IMG/VR virus record: IMGVR_UViG_3300025875_000003
Coordinates: 60,314-124,313 of that record
Length of the DNA stretch: 64,000 nucleotides
Direction: 5' to 3' (one strand)
From: a virus
The notes below the pieces were generated by a model. The model searched no databases. It saw only the letters and a program-made list of their open reading frames with translations, and was not told the origin of the DNA. Below, piece by piece: positions 1 through 8,702 of the stretch; position 1 is the first letter of the stretch, and every line of letters starts with the position of its first letter. Both the position numbers and the translations under genes were made by a program.

Positions 1-3
1 TGA

Positions 4-3000
4 GTGGGGTGTGTAACTATGACTGAGGTCATCAATAGGTTTGCGGGCGCCCCGGGTACTAACATTACGGCGGCGAATTCAGACGATGCTGCTGAAGCAG
101 GTAACGCACTGAGTGTGGTCAACCCTTCAGGTACTGCTGCCATCACTTACTCGGATGCCGTGATTAATCCGCTCACGGGCGGAACTGTCATGAAGATCTC
201 AGCCGATGCTGCGGGAAGCACCCTTGGCGAGGTGCGATTTACGCGCCCAAGCAACACCAAGGGAGCAAGTCAATACTGTTTGAGACTGACAGGATTTCCT
301 GATGCACTGTCGGTATTTTCGCAAACACGTGGCACTATGCAAAACGCTGACCTTCGTCTTGGGACGGACGGCAGTGCGTCTGGCGTTACGGCAGGTGCTA
401 CGGGAGCGGGAGGCCCCTCTGGTGCCCTCACTGCAGGCAAGTGGTGGCTCTTCGATGAGTGGATAGAAGAAGGCACTACTACGTCAAACGGTAAGAGATC
501 TTGGCGTGTTCGAGAAGTTATCGAAAACAACGGTTCTTTCTCTATCGGGAATGTGCTCTATGAATACACCTCTTCTGCTAGAAATACGGGTGTGGTTGGC
601 ACTCACGTAATCACAGACTTTCGTATTGGTGACTTCACCACCACGGGAAGTGTCCTACCCACTACGTATTGGGCCTTTTTCCGCGCTGATGATGGTGCAT
701 CTGGTTACCTGTCTGACCCCACATTGTTCACCAGCACGGCCAACACCGCTCCCGTAGCCAATGCTGGCGTAGATCAGTTGAACCTAAATCCGTGGGCTAA
801 GAATCCTGTTGTTCTGACGGGTTCTTACACAGATGCAGAAGGCGGCACAGTAAACCATAACTGGACTCAACTAACTGGACCCGCAGTTACTCTCTCCGGT
901 GTGGGATCAACAGTCACCTTCTCTAGACCCATGATGCTTGATGGTTCGTCCATGACTTTTCAGTACGCGGTCACTGATTCCAACGGAGCAACAGGCACAG
1001 ATACGGTCACAGTCTCTGTACAGGCTATTGCAGAGCGTGCTGTGGTCAACGGCATTGAAGTTCCCATGAAACTCATGGATGTCAAGAAGACACTTCTGGT
1101 GCCTGGGTCTGAAATTTTTGCTGACGACTTCAACCGAGCCGACACGGCTGCCGGGATCTTGGGTACTACGTCCACGGGTGGACTTCCCTGGAGTGGTACA
1201 GGTGAGTTGAGTATTAGAAACAATACGGCGAGCGCCGCACTCGCTACCGCAGCGAAGCCTAACTTTATCGATATCGGGCTGTCGGTAGACTATCGGGTTG
1301 AAACGACCCTCGCTACTGTAGGTGCCTCGGTAGCAGAAATGTGGGGCGGCATTGCTGTACACATTTCTGGTGACGACATGATTTGTCTAGTTACTCGGAG
1401 ATCTTCGTCCTCGGGCGGGTTGCGCTTTTGGAAGAGAGAGGGCGGCAACGAAAGTGCACTTACGGCAGGTACTGATACAGCACCAGTTGCTGGTGACAAG
1501 ATTGCTGTTGAAGTCTTTCGAGATGTAGTTTTTGAAACTGGAGAAGAGATTGAAACAATTGTCGGCTACCACAAGCCCGTAGGGAGCGACACGTGGCTAG
1601 AAGTGGGTCGAGTCATAAATGAGCAGTTCAATCAAAACTCTACCCTCGTAGGGCTTCTTGGTTCCAGTTCTGGTACTGGAATGTCCTACGACAACTTCAT
1701 TGGTCACGAACTGGTAGTCCTGGAGCCTCCTGAGCCAGTTATTGAAGTGCAACAACTTGCAAGCATGGTGCTCGATTCACTTGCTGAGTCGGCCCCCGTG
1801 AGTTCTGTGCCTTTTGGTGTGTCTAGTCTCACACTAAACCAATCGACAGTAACTAGGCAGCCACTTTTCGAAACAATCGAAGGGCGCAGAGGCCTAACTT
1901 TTTCGGGTGGTCAGTGGTTGATCGCTGGAAACAACTCTTTCATGTCCAACCGCATTGGACTAACAGCCTATATCGTAACGAATGTGGCCGTGGATAATAC
2001 GGGTACGAGACAACTTCTATCGCTGTCTAACGCAGACTCTCCCGGTAATATCTGGCTGGGCATTCGTTTGATTGACGGCCTTGTATCTGTAACGGGTCGT
2101 CGTGCAAATAACGATAGTCTCCAGACTGTCTCTGGCACAATTGATGTACGCGGCGGCTACCATCACATTGTTGTTGTAATGGATTATGCTGCGGGCCGCT
2201 GCCGCAGTTTCGTTGACGGCACAGCAGATCTAGATGTCGCTTTTCAGACACCTGGAGTCACTTCTACGGCCACGAGTCGCGCTGTGGCTATTGGTGCACA
2301 CAGTTCAGATAGCGGTGGTGGTGCGTTCACAGGACGCATTCTGGCCTGTGACCTCTACAACGGAGCGCACACAAACATTCAGCGTAACTACGTAGTTGAG
2401 CAACTGATGTCTACGGCCCCGCCGCCCCCAGTAGAACCCGAACCTGATCCCGAGCCTGATCCAGAGCCTGATCCCGAGCCTGATCCAGAGCCTGATCCCG
2501 AGCCTGATCCGGGAACTACTCCCATTTTCACTATCCCGGTGGGTCTGTCAAACGGGCAAGAAGACATTGACACCTACGTACGCTATGCTCGGGAACACTT
2601 CTATCCGGACGGTACTGGCGAGTATTCGCACTTGCCGCCATGGTGGGAATGGAAGACGGGCTGGTGGCTGCCTTCTGGTGCAGGTACACCTGCTTACATC
2701 CCCTCTGGGGACCTAATCATTAGAGGTTCGCGTGCTCGCGGTGACACGTCTGCCGTAGATTCCTATACTAGCGGTACTCGTTGCATTAGACTCCGTTGTC
2801 CCATTCCTTTCAAGAATGCGGAGTCTGGACGTTGGAATGAACTTGACCTGTGGCGTGGTGCCATTCTCCAGGGAATGCAGATGGAAAATGACTCACTTCT
2901 AGGAGACCGCACACAGTATGTCTCTTATAGGTCTCTGGCAGACCTACAAGCAGGAACTGCTGCAAATAACTACCAAGACGGACGAAACCCAATTTCTTGG

Positions 3001-3744
3001 CCGCATCGCGTGGGTAAGATGTACTACTGGCCGTGGGGTCAAGGTCTTACGGGCGACCAAGACACCATTGACTACCGGGGAACTTCTATTACTAGTATTC
3101 CTCGCACTGGTCGATTGCATGAGCGATCTATGCTTATTCGTACTACTACTAGCACTACGGGTAAGACCTTCTATGCCGCCGAAGGTATGTACTTGAAGGG
3201 CGACAACATTGTCGAAGGTCTTAATGTCACAGGATATGAGAACAGCCGTCTAGTCGTCGTTGGATATCGACACGACCGCGCTTCAGTGTTCTTTCGTCCG
3301 ACTGAATCAAATATCAACAACTGGGGAAATAAGTGGCCCGGAGGTGATTCAATTCATCTCTTCAACTACTTGAAGGACATTATCCTAATCGGCGGATCGT
3401 CCGGTACACACTATCAAGGCATCTTCAAGCAGCACGGTGGAGAGTTCTTCTTCGCCCACAACTGGAACATCTTCGATCCTAAGAGTACCGATCCAAACAA
3501 TCCGGATGATCTATCTTACAACGGTGGATCAACCGGACAACAAATTACGATTGGGTCTCGTACCAATTATTACAGCAAGGGCGTTTATCTGAAGAACGTA
3601 AACACTCGACGCCACGGAGGAGCATCTGTTAACGATCATGGATCATATCCTGAAATCACTGGTCTCGATCTAGGATTCGATTACGTACCCTCGACAGCCA
3701 AGATCGGTACGACATACGCGCTTAACCCCACTCCCATCAACTGA
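4..3744 (+). CDS. Large multi-domain protein (concanavalin/LamG-like, PKD, second LamG-like, Glu-Pro-Asp-Pro linker, probable C-terminal beta-helix); candidate tail fibre, receptor-binding or virion surface protein
   Basis: 1246-aa ORF; PKD signature NTAPVANAGVDQ; IFADDFNRAD..LG motif seen in actinophage minor tail proteins; LamG-like YHHIVVVMD...FVDG...LAIG; likely start ATG 19. Confidence 0.6.
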   Translation: MGCVTMTEVINRFAGAPGTNITAANSDDAAEAGNALSVVNPSGTAAITYSDAVINPLTGGTVMKISADAAGSTLGEVRFTRPSNTKGASQYCLRLTGFPDALSVFSQTRGTMQNADLRLGTDGSASGVTAGATGAGGPSGALTAGKWWLFDEWIEEGTTTSNGKRSWRVREVIENNGSFSIGNVLYEYTSSARNTGVVGTHVITDFRIGDFTTTGSVLPTTYWAFFRADDGASGYLSDPTLFTSTANTAPVANAGVDQLNLNPWAKNPVVLTGSYTDAEGGTVNHNWTQLTGPAVTLSGVGSTVTFSRPMMLDGSSMTFQYAVTDSNGATGTDTVTVSVQAIAERAVVNGIEVPMKLMDVKKTLLVPGSEIFADDFNRADTAAGILGTTSTGGLPWSGTGELSIRNNTASAALATAAKPNFIDIGLSVDYRVETTLATVGASVAEMWGGIAVHISGDDMICLVTRRSSSSGGLRFWKREGGNESALTAGTDTAPVAGDKIAVEVFRDVVFETGEEIETIVGYHKPVGSDTWLEVGRVINEQFNQNSTLVGLLGSSSGTGMSYDNFIGHELVVLEPPEPVIEVQQLASMVLDSLAESAPVSSVPFGVSSLTLNQSTVTRQPLFETIEGRRGLTFSGGQWLIAGNNSFMSNRIGLTAYIVTNVAVDNTGTRQLLSLSNADSPGNIWLGIRLIDGLVSVTGRRANNDSLQTVSGTIDVRGGYHHIVVVMDYAAGRCRSFVDGTADLDVAFQTPGVTSTATSRAVAIGAHSSDSGGGAFTGRILACDLYNGAHTNIQRNYVVEQLMSTAPPPPVEPEPDPEPDPEPDPEPDPEPDPEPDPGTTPIFTIPVGLSNGQEDIDTYVRYAREHFYPDGTGEYSHLPPWWEWKTGWWLPSGAGTPAYIPSGDLIIRGSRARGDTSAVDSYTSGTRCIRLRCPIPFKNAESGRWNELDLWRGAILQGMQMENDSLLGDRTQYVSYRSLADLQAGTAANNYQDGRNPISWPHRVGKMYYWPWGQGLTGDQDTIDYRGTSITSIPRTGRLHERSMLIRTTTSTTGKTFYAAEGMYLKGDNIVEGLNVTGYENSRLVVVGYRHDRASVFFRPTESNINNWGNKWPGGDSIHLFNYLKDIILIGGSSGTHYQGIFKQHGGEFFFAHNWNIFDPKSTDPNNPDDLSYNGGSTGQQITIGSRTNYYSKGVYLKNVNTRRHGGASVNDHGSYPEITGLDLGFDYVPSTAKIGTTYALNPTPIN
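2440..2511 (+). repeat. Six tandem 12-bp units (GA[A/G]CCTGATCC[C/A/G]) encoding an (EPDP)6 linker
   Basis: Read directly from the sequence. Confidence 0.95.
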
Positions 3745-3749
3745 GAGAA

Positions 3750-4994
3750 TCAGGTGAGGTAGCCAGTCCTCACCTGATTCACCAGTCCGGTGAACCCGGT
3801 GACCTTGTTCTCCACGAACAGGCCTCTCTTGTCCGTCTTGGTGTCGTCTCCGATCCGTAGCACAATATCGTCATCAGAGACGACACCAAGTAGATCCATC
3901 AAATTCTTGTGATTGGTGGTAAGAGCCTTATTGCCCTTAGGGCCGGACCAAGCCACGGGCAATGTCTCCCTGGCGGAATTACCTATGCGGTCTCGGGCAC
4001 TCACTGTCAGATTCCACGACGTACCGTCAGAGGTTGTCTTACCAGGCATCAAAGTCAAGAACAGAGTCTGATATTCGGGATCAGCATTGATCCGAATTCT
4101 CTTGACAGACTCCAAGAGATCTTGGCGATTAACCGCGAGAGTGTGCTGGTTGGTCAGAGAGGGACCAAGAATGTAATTGGTGATGTCCGGAAATGGTGTA
4201 GTTGTTCTCTGAGCAATCAACTCATCCTCATCCACCTTGAAGTACAGGTGAGAAGAATTGCCGCCCAGGGTTACGGTTTCCGTCACCGAGAGTCGCAGCA
4301 GTCGGATCACTTCATCGGCTACCCGCAGCGGGATCGTCAGATCCAGGTCGTAAGGCAAATTCTCTACAGTCTGACGGTGCATGCGTTGTCCGTCCATGGC
4401 AGCGACAGCCCCATGGCGCAAAAGCAACTGACTCAGGGCAGCCCGTCCAGCAGAGACTGGAGCAGCCTTTCTAGCGATGCTCAGAGCCGCCAGGAGCGGC
4501 GTAACTAGCAGGGTGTGGGTCTTGATACCACTTACGTCTGCACAGGGCGGCAGAGAGTCACCTACGGGTGTTGCTACGGACCACTGTGCACGACCAGAGC
4601 GCACAGTCGCTGTGTTTCCCAAGACCTCTAGGGCAGCAGTTCCGGTGGGAGCCAATTTTAGGATGCCCACGATCTTCTTGGGCGGGACCAGAGCAGCGCC
4701 TGGCATCTGAACCGTAATGCCATCAGCCACAGCAGAGACAGTCAGGTCTCCGTCTGTAGCGGTCACTTTGATGTACGCGGCAGACGAAGTGCTCGCTGCA
4801 AAGGCTTCGATCAGTGCATGCCCCGTACCGGCGATGATTTCCTTGTCCGGCGTTACGGAAGCGGCCCGCTCGAAAAGGCTCAGAATAGATGCTACGGGAC
4901 CACGCAAGGCTAGGCGCGCATCTACAAGCAAAATCTCTGGAACGAGTTCTTCATCCTCGTTGGTTGACTCAGCCAAGTCAAGAATTGTGGTCAA
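3750..4994 (-). CDS. dnaN: DNA polymerase III beta sliding clamp
   Basis: 414 aa, three-domain clamp pattern: VTATDGDLTV, VAAMDGQRM, LIAQRTTTPFPD, VNRQDLLESVKR, TNHKNLMDLL. Confidence 0.85.
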   Translation of the reverse strand: MTTILDLAESTNEDEELVPEILLVDARLALRGPVASILSLFERAASVTPDKEIIAGTGHALIEAFAASTSSAAYIKVTATDGDLTVSAVADGITVQMPGAALVPPKKIVGILKLAPTGTAALEVLGNTATVRSGRAQWSVATPVGDSLPPCADVSGIKTHTLLVTPLLAALSIARKAAPVSAGRAALSQLLLRHGAVAAMDGQRMHRQTVENLPYDLDLTIPLRVADEVIRLLRLSVTETVTLGGNSSHLYFKVDEDELIAQRTTTPFPDITNYILGPSLTNQHTLAVNRQDLLESVKRIRINADPEYQTLFLTLMPGKTTSDGTSWNLTVSARDRIGNSARETLPVAWSGPKGNKALTTNHKNLMDLLGVVSDDDIVLRIGDDTKTDKRGLFVENKVTGFTGLVNQVRTGYLT

Positions 4995-5233
4995 GACGAC
5001 TCCTCCAGTGCGGTCTCGACAGCCGCAAGTTCCTGAGCCAGTTCTTCTTCGAGTTCCTTCAACTTGGCGGCAGCCTCTTCAGGCGTGCTCACGCCAAATT
5101 CCTTCAGGGCGCTAAGTGCCGCATCACGCTCACGTACTGCGTTATCATGTTCTACCTCTGCGCGGGCGCGTGCAGAGGTAGCAGCAGTGATTCGAGTTCG
5201 CAGAGATGTCAGGGTTTCTTCAGTGGAGGTCAT
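4991..5233 (-). CDS. Small coiled-coil protein
   Basis: 80-aa heptad-rich ORF with 4-bp overlaps on both neighbours. Confidence 0.75.
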   Translation of the reverse strand: MTSTEETLTSLRTRITAATSARARAEVEHDNAVRERDAALSALKEFGVSTPEEAAAKLKELEEELAQELAAVETALEESS

Positions 5234-6111
5234 AGTAGTGGTACGCCTGTCTCTCCTCCGAAGGAAACCCTTCTGCGGCCCTTAGAATCGAGCACGGGCT
5301 GGAACTTAGAACAAGCGTGCTTAACCTCGCAAAAGTGACATTCCTTGAAATCTCTGCGAGGAGGATGTTCATCATTCCAGATATCGCGCGCCATGCCAGA
5401 AACTCGCTGCATCATCTCAGCGCTCTTCTGCTCAGTGATGATGAAGGGCTTGACCTGCTGTTGACACAGAGGCTGAAGAAGACCGGTACGAACAGTGCCC
5501 TCGCCAAAAAGCAGCCGAACCGCAAGATCATAGAAAGTTAACTGACCTTCCGTCTTTCGCCAGTAATCATTGTCTCGGGTATGCTTTACGTCCCACACCC
5601 ACCAACGTTCCTTGTCATCTCGCACAAGAATGTCCATGAAGCCTCTAAGAATGACCGTCTCGGTCCCTCCTGCGGGATGAGGAACTTCGACGGGAGCCTT
5701 GAAAGAGAAATCGGGCTGATACTCATAGGGAATGACGTACTTCCAAAGAGCAGGCTCAATCTTCGTAACAGCCTCAATGCAGTCGCGAATTACCTGTTCG
5801 CGGTCGCCCGGATTCTTCCACGCAATGGAACCACCCTCTTCCTGAATGGTGGCCCACTCTCGATCTATGACAGATTCCACCATCTGTGCCATCACGCCGC
5901 GCCGAGGATCTCCCGAATCTAATAGGTCACGGACCACTCTGTCCGTGACAGTCCCAGGGAAGAAGCCACGAGAATCCTGAATGGCAGCCTTGCGGCCCTC
6001 TCTAACGTGAAAACTTCTTTCCTTGCAGGTGTCGTGGGTCCGCAACGCTGACCAACTCAGATACAACGTCACATTACCGCACTCTCTGCAAGGCTTGGAA
6101 ATAAGGGACAT
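5230..6111 (-). CDS. Cas4/RecB-like PD-(D/E)xK exonuclease
   Basis: LSWSALRTHDTC; LRGFMDIL...VWDVKHT; QLTFYDLA; C-terminal CHFCEVKHAC Fe-S cysteines. Confidence 0.85.
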   Translation of the reverse strand: MSLISKPCRECGNVTLYLSWSALRTHDTCKERSFHVREGRKAAIQDSRGFFPGTVTDRVVRDLLDSGDPRRGVMAQMVESVIDREWATIQEEGGSIAWKNPGDREQVIRDCIEAVTKIEPALWKYVIPYEYQPDFSFKAPVEVPHPAGGTETVILRGFMDILVRDDKERWWVWDVKHTRDNDYWRKTEGQLTFYDLAVRLLFGEGTVRTGLLQPLCQQQVKPFIITEQKSAEMMQRVSGMARDIWNDEHPPRRDFKECHFCEVKHACSKFQPVLDSKGRRRVSFGGETGVPLL

Positions 6112-6127
6112 CAGACCATTCTACAGG

Positions 6128-6490
6128 TCAGAGGATCTCGTACTGAGAAGCCAGTTCATGAATCTGTGCTTGCACAGACAGCGGAAGCGCGTAATTCTTC
6201 TGCACGAACTGCATCTGCCCGTCCTTGATCACGTCGTCGTGGACAGCGATGACAACAGCAGCCAGGTCTTCCTCTTCCTTAGCCGGAACAGCGGCCACAG
6301 GCTCGACGTAGTACTCCACTCCCGTATCGAAACTCGTGAACACGCTGAAGTTACCAAGAGTGCCAGTAGGGATCAGGCTGGAGTCGTCTGCCGCAAACAC
6401 TGCGGCTTCATGCGCGTTCACTGCGGTAACGTAGGCGTCATCTCGACCATTAGTCACTACGCACCACTCGGGCAGATTCGGGTCAGTCAT
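6128..6490 (-). CDS. Hypothetical protein
   Basis: ATG 6490 follows a GGAGG RBS and overlaps the upstream stop; phage-like codon use. Confidence 0.7.
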   Translation of the reverse strand: MTDPNLPEWCVVTNGRDDAYVTAVNAHEAAVFAADDSSLIPTGTLGNFSVFTSFDTGVEYYVEPVAAVPAKEEEDLAAVVIAVHDDVIKDGQMQFVQKNYALPLSVQAQIHELASQYEIL

Positions 6491-7101
6491 GGTGTCCTCC
6501 AATACTCGCTGTACGGATTGTCGAAGTCGAGCATAGCGTCGAGGGGTGACATTTGCAATCCTGCCAGTTCGTAGATTCCCCACGGGATGTGAGGCTCTAC
6601 CGGCTTAGCCTGCCTCAGCATCTCAGTGAGACGGCCGATGGCCGAGGCTTTTATCATCCGGCGCAGACGCGAGACAGTCGATGGGGAGCAGCCGATGGCT
6701 TCAGCAGCCTTCTTGATACTCAGGTGAGCATGCTTGGCCAGGTCAGCGACGTGGAAGCGACGAGACTTCAAACCTCGCGTACGCTGGATCTGTGAGAACT
6801 CAGCCGGATCATAGTTGTTGAGCACGAACTGGACTACACTCTCGATGATGTTGGTCGCCTGAGACTCCGTAACACGAGAGCCAAGACCCTTGTTAATGCC
6901 GCCACCAGTGAAGTGGTCGTAGTCACTGACCACATAGCGTGCTACCTTGTTCCAGCAATACTCCTCCAGCACATCGTGCGTCAGAGGCAACCCAGAACGC
7001 AGAGCACGGTAGGACCACTTGATGAGCCATACGTTGACTTGCTGGGCAAAGGTACGCTTAGCGTACGGAACTGCCTTGGGAGTGGGGATACTTCGAGCCA
7101 T
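6487..7101 (-). CDS. PriCT + HTH protein resembling the C-terminal half of ColE2/pAL5000-type Rep
   Basis: KWSYRALRSG resembles Rep KWAYRAIRQG; IIESVVQF..FSQIQRTRGLKS resembles IAKSI.KW..S..Q..RG.KS; HTH LSIKKAAEAIGCSPSTVSRLRR; leaderless start. Confidence 0.6.
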   Translation of the reverse strand: MARSIPTPKAVPYAKRTFAQQVNVWLIKWSYRALRSGLPLTHDVLEEYCWNKVARYVVSDYDHFTGGGINKGLGSRVTESQATNIIESVVQFVLNNYDPAEFSQIQRTRGLKSRRFHVADLAKHAHLSIKKAAEAIGCSPSTVSRLRRMIKASAIGRLTEMLRQAKPVEPHIPWGIYELAGLQMSPLDAMLDFDNPYSEYWRTP

Positions 7102-7137
7102 GCTAGTGATACGCCGATGTGCTTTGAGAGAGAAAGT
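7102..7137 (-). promoter_or_regulatory. Phage-specific bipartite promoter ACTTTCT-N17-CGTATCACTAG directly before the ATG (copy 1)
   Basis: Same spacing as copies at 10417 and 53403; no Shine-Dalgarno. Confidence 0.75.
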
Positions 7138-7193
7138 TAGACCCTATGTCAAAGCCATACTGAGTCCCGAAGGGACGAAGAGGACGCCATAGT

Positions 7194-7210
7194 GTGCTAT
7201 TATCAAAGGC
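7194..7210 (+). promoter_or_regulatory. Extended -10 (GTGCTATTAT) 7 nt before the HNH ATG; leaderless promoter
   Basis: Same GTGCTATTAT-N7-ATG geometry at 50544-50563. Confidence 0.6.
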
Positions 7211-7765
7211 ATGAAAAGAGTTACGTTGATAGACCTCATTAGAGTAGGTGTAGTGGGGCAGAAGAGCGCTGATGCCTTGTGGGATAGGTTTTACAGCAAT
7301 GTTGATGTTCGTGAAGAGCAGGAGTGTTGGGAGTGGAAGGGACCGCGCACGAAGGACGGCTACGGTTACACCACTCTAGGTTCCGGTTGGAAACTAGGTA
7401 CACATCGAGTCTCGTTTCTTCTAACGCAGGGTTGGTTGCCTACTGTAGACGATGATGAACAGATATTGGTAGTCCGCCACATTTGTGATAATCCTCCTTG
7501 TGTTAATCCCCACCACCTTACCTATGGTACACATTTTGATAACTATGAGGACGCAGTGGCTAGAGGCAGACACAGAGGTTTCGGTGTTCTCACTCCAGAA
7601 GACAGATCTAGAAATGGTAAAGAATACGGGGTGCTTGGTCGGAAGTACACTGTGGAAGACTTAAATCGCTGCGAGGGGCTGAGTCTACGGCAGAGTGCGA
7701 AACTTTTGGGATGTGGCACCGCTACTGTGTCAAGGCTTAGAAGAGAAGCCCGTGCGGCAACTTAG
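7211..7765 (+). CDS. HNH endonuclease with C-terminal HTH
   Basis: CWEWKG...GYG; THRVSFLL; VRHICDNPPCVNPHHL..GTHFDN; HTH LSLRQSAKLLGCGTATVSRLRR. Confidence 0.9.
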   Translation: MKRVTLIDLIRVGVVGQKSADALWDRFYSNVDVREEQECWEWKGPRTKDGYGYTTLGSGWKLGTHRVSFLLTQGWLPTVDDDEQILVVRHICDNPPCVNPHHLTYGTHFDNYEDAVARGRHRGFGVLTPEDRSRNGKEYGVLGRKYTVEDLNRCEGLSLRQSAKLLGCGTATVSRLRREARAAT

Positions 7766-7786
7766 AACGACCTTCGATCTCAGGGC

Positions 7787-7815
7787 TTGCACATCGAGCA
7801 GCACTGCACTATGAT
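7787..7815 (+). promoter_or_regulatory. Host SigA-type promoter for the tRNA array: TTGCAC-N17-TATGAT
   Basis: Consensus-like hexamers with 17-bp spacer upstream of the first tRNA. Confidence 0.8.
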
Positions 7816-7893
7816 GGAACCATCCACTTCACGAGAGTGGACAGAGATCTTGCTACCGCCGCACACCACGGAGCATGGCGCGGGGTTCTCTGA

Positions 7894-7966
7894 TCGGTGG
7901 TGGCGCAATTGGTAGCGCAACGGTCTCCAAAACCGTCGGTTACAGGTTCGAGTCCTGTCCACCGGG
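7894..7966 (+). tRNA. tRNA-Trp(CCA)
   Basis: Cloverleaf, anticodon loop CTCCAAA, GTTCGAGTCC T-arm. Confidence 0.9.
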
Positions 7967-8064
7967 CGTCTGAAGGTCTAAGACTAGTGCACGAGTCTGG
8001 GCCACCTTGTTGGGCAGGTTCACAGACCCAACCCCGTGTACCCGACACTGGTCTAAAAATGGGT

Positions 8065-8136
8065 AGGCTGGTGCGGCTAAGGGTATGCCGTCACATCATA
8101 CGATGTGAGATGCGGGTTCGACTCCCGTCCAGCCGC
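8065..8136 (+). tRNA. Atypical tRNA-like gene with contracted anticodon loop (CATACG); identity uncertain (Met/Ile CAT or Val TAC)
   Basis: Acceptor GGCTGG/CCAGCC, D-stem CGGC/GCCG and T-arm GCGGG-TTCGACT-CCCGT intact; anticodon stem CACAT/ATGTG closes only 6 nt. Confidence 0.6.
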
Positions 8137-8199
8137 TGGTCCGGCCTCTGGCCTGAGGTTCACAGCCTCATGCTAAGGTCATGCCGGACTACTGTTCGA

Positions 8200-8272
8200 T
8201 GCCCGCTAGTTTAACTGGCAAAACGCCTGCCTCTGGAGTAGGATAGTCGAGGTTCGAATCCTCGGTGGGCAG
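8200..8272 (+). tRNA. tRNA-Gln(CTG)
   Basis: Cloverleaf, loop CTCTGGA. Confidence 0.9.
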
Positions 8273-8290
8273 CGTGTGGTATGGTTTTGA

Positions 8291-8361
8291 TCCCCGGTAG
8301 TTTAACGGCAAAACGGCGGTTTTTGGGGCCGCTTTTCGGAGTTCGAATCTTCGCTGGGGAG
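8291..8361 (+). tRNA. tRNA-Gln(TTG)
   Basis: Cloverleaf, loop TTTTGGG. Confidence 0.9.
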
Positions 8362-8475
8362 CGCTAGACGACAACACGTAGGAGAAGAAATAGAAGCGGT
8401 GTCCGTCCCGGTTCTTGCTTGACTCCTTCCTACGGGAACTGCATGAGCAGTACGTCCACTGTCCAGACGGACCAA

Positions 8476-8550
8476 AGCGGTGTAGAGCAGTTCGGAGTGC
8501 TCGCCTGGCTCATATCCAGGAGGCCGTGGGTTCAAATCCCACCACCGCCA
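8476..8550 (+). tRNA. tRNA-Met(CAT), probably initiator-type
   Basis: Loop CTCATAT; 1:72 mismatch (A:C); TTCAAAT T-loop. Confidence 0.85.
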
Positions 8551-8630
8551 CGTGGAGTGCTGGCTTAGGTAGCCCTGAGCCTCGTGCAGACCGGCTAGCA
8601 ACCGAGAAGTCGAAACGACACTCCGCACAA

Positions 8631-8702
8631 GGGCTGCTGGTGTAACGGTAACATGCCTCTTTTGCACGGAGGTGATCAGGGTTCGATTCCCTGGCTGGTC
8701 CA
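8631..8702 (+). tRNA. tRNA-Ala(TGC) with a bulged U in the acceptor stem
   Basis: Loop TTTGCAC; GGGCTGC pairs with GC(T)GGTCC giving G3:U70 and A73. Confidence 0.8.

Noticed and set aside
2388-2573. Minus-strand (GS)n ORF
   Set aside because: Antisense reading of the EPDP repeat
5230-6111. CRISPR-Cas locus suggested by the Cas4-like gene
   Set aside because: Solo Cas4/RecB-like nucleases are common phage recombination genes; no array or other cas genes
7159-7181. Hammerhead-like string CTGAGTCCCGAAGGGACGAAG
   Set aside because: Has stem II and GAA but lacks the full CUGANGA core, has G instead of A15.1, and no matching stem III/NUH; at most a degenerate remnant or simple hairpin
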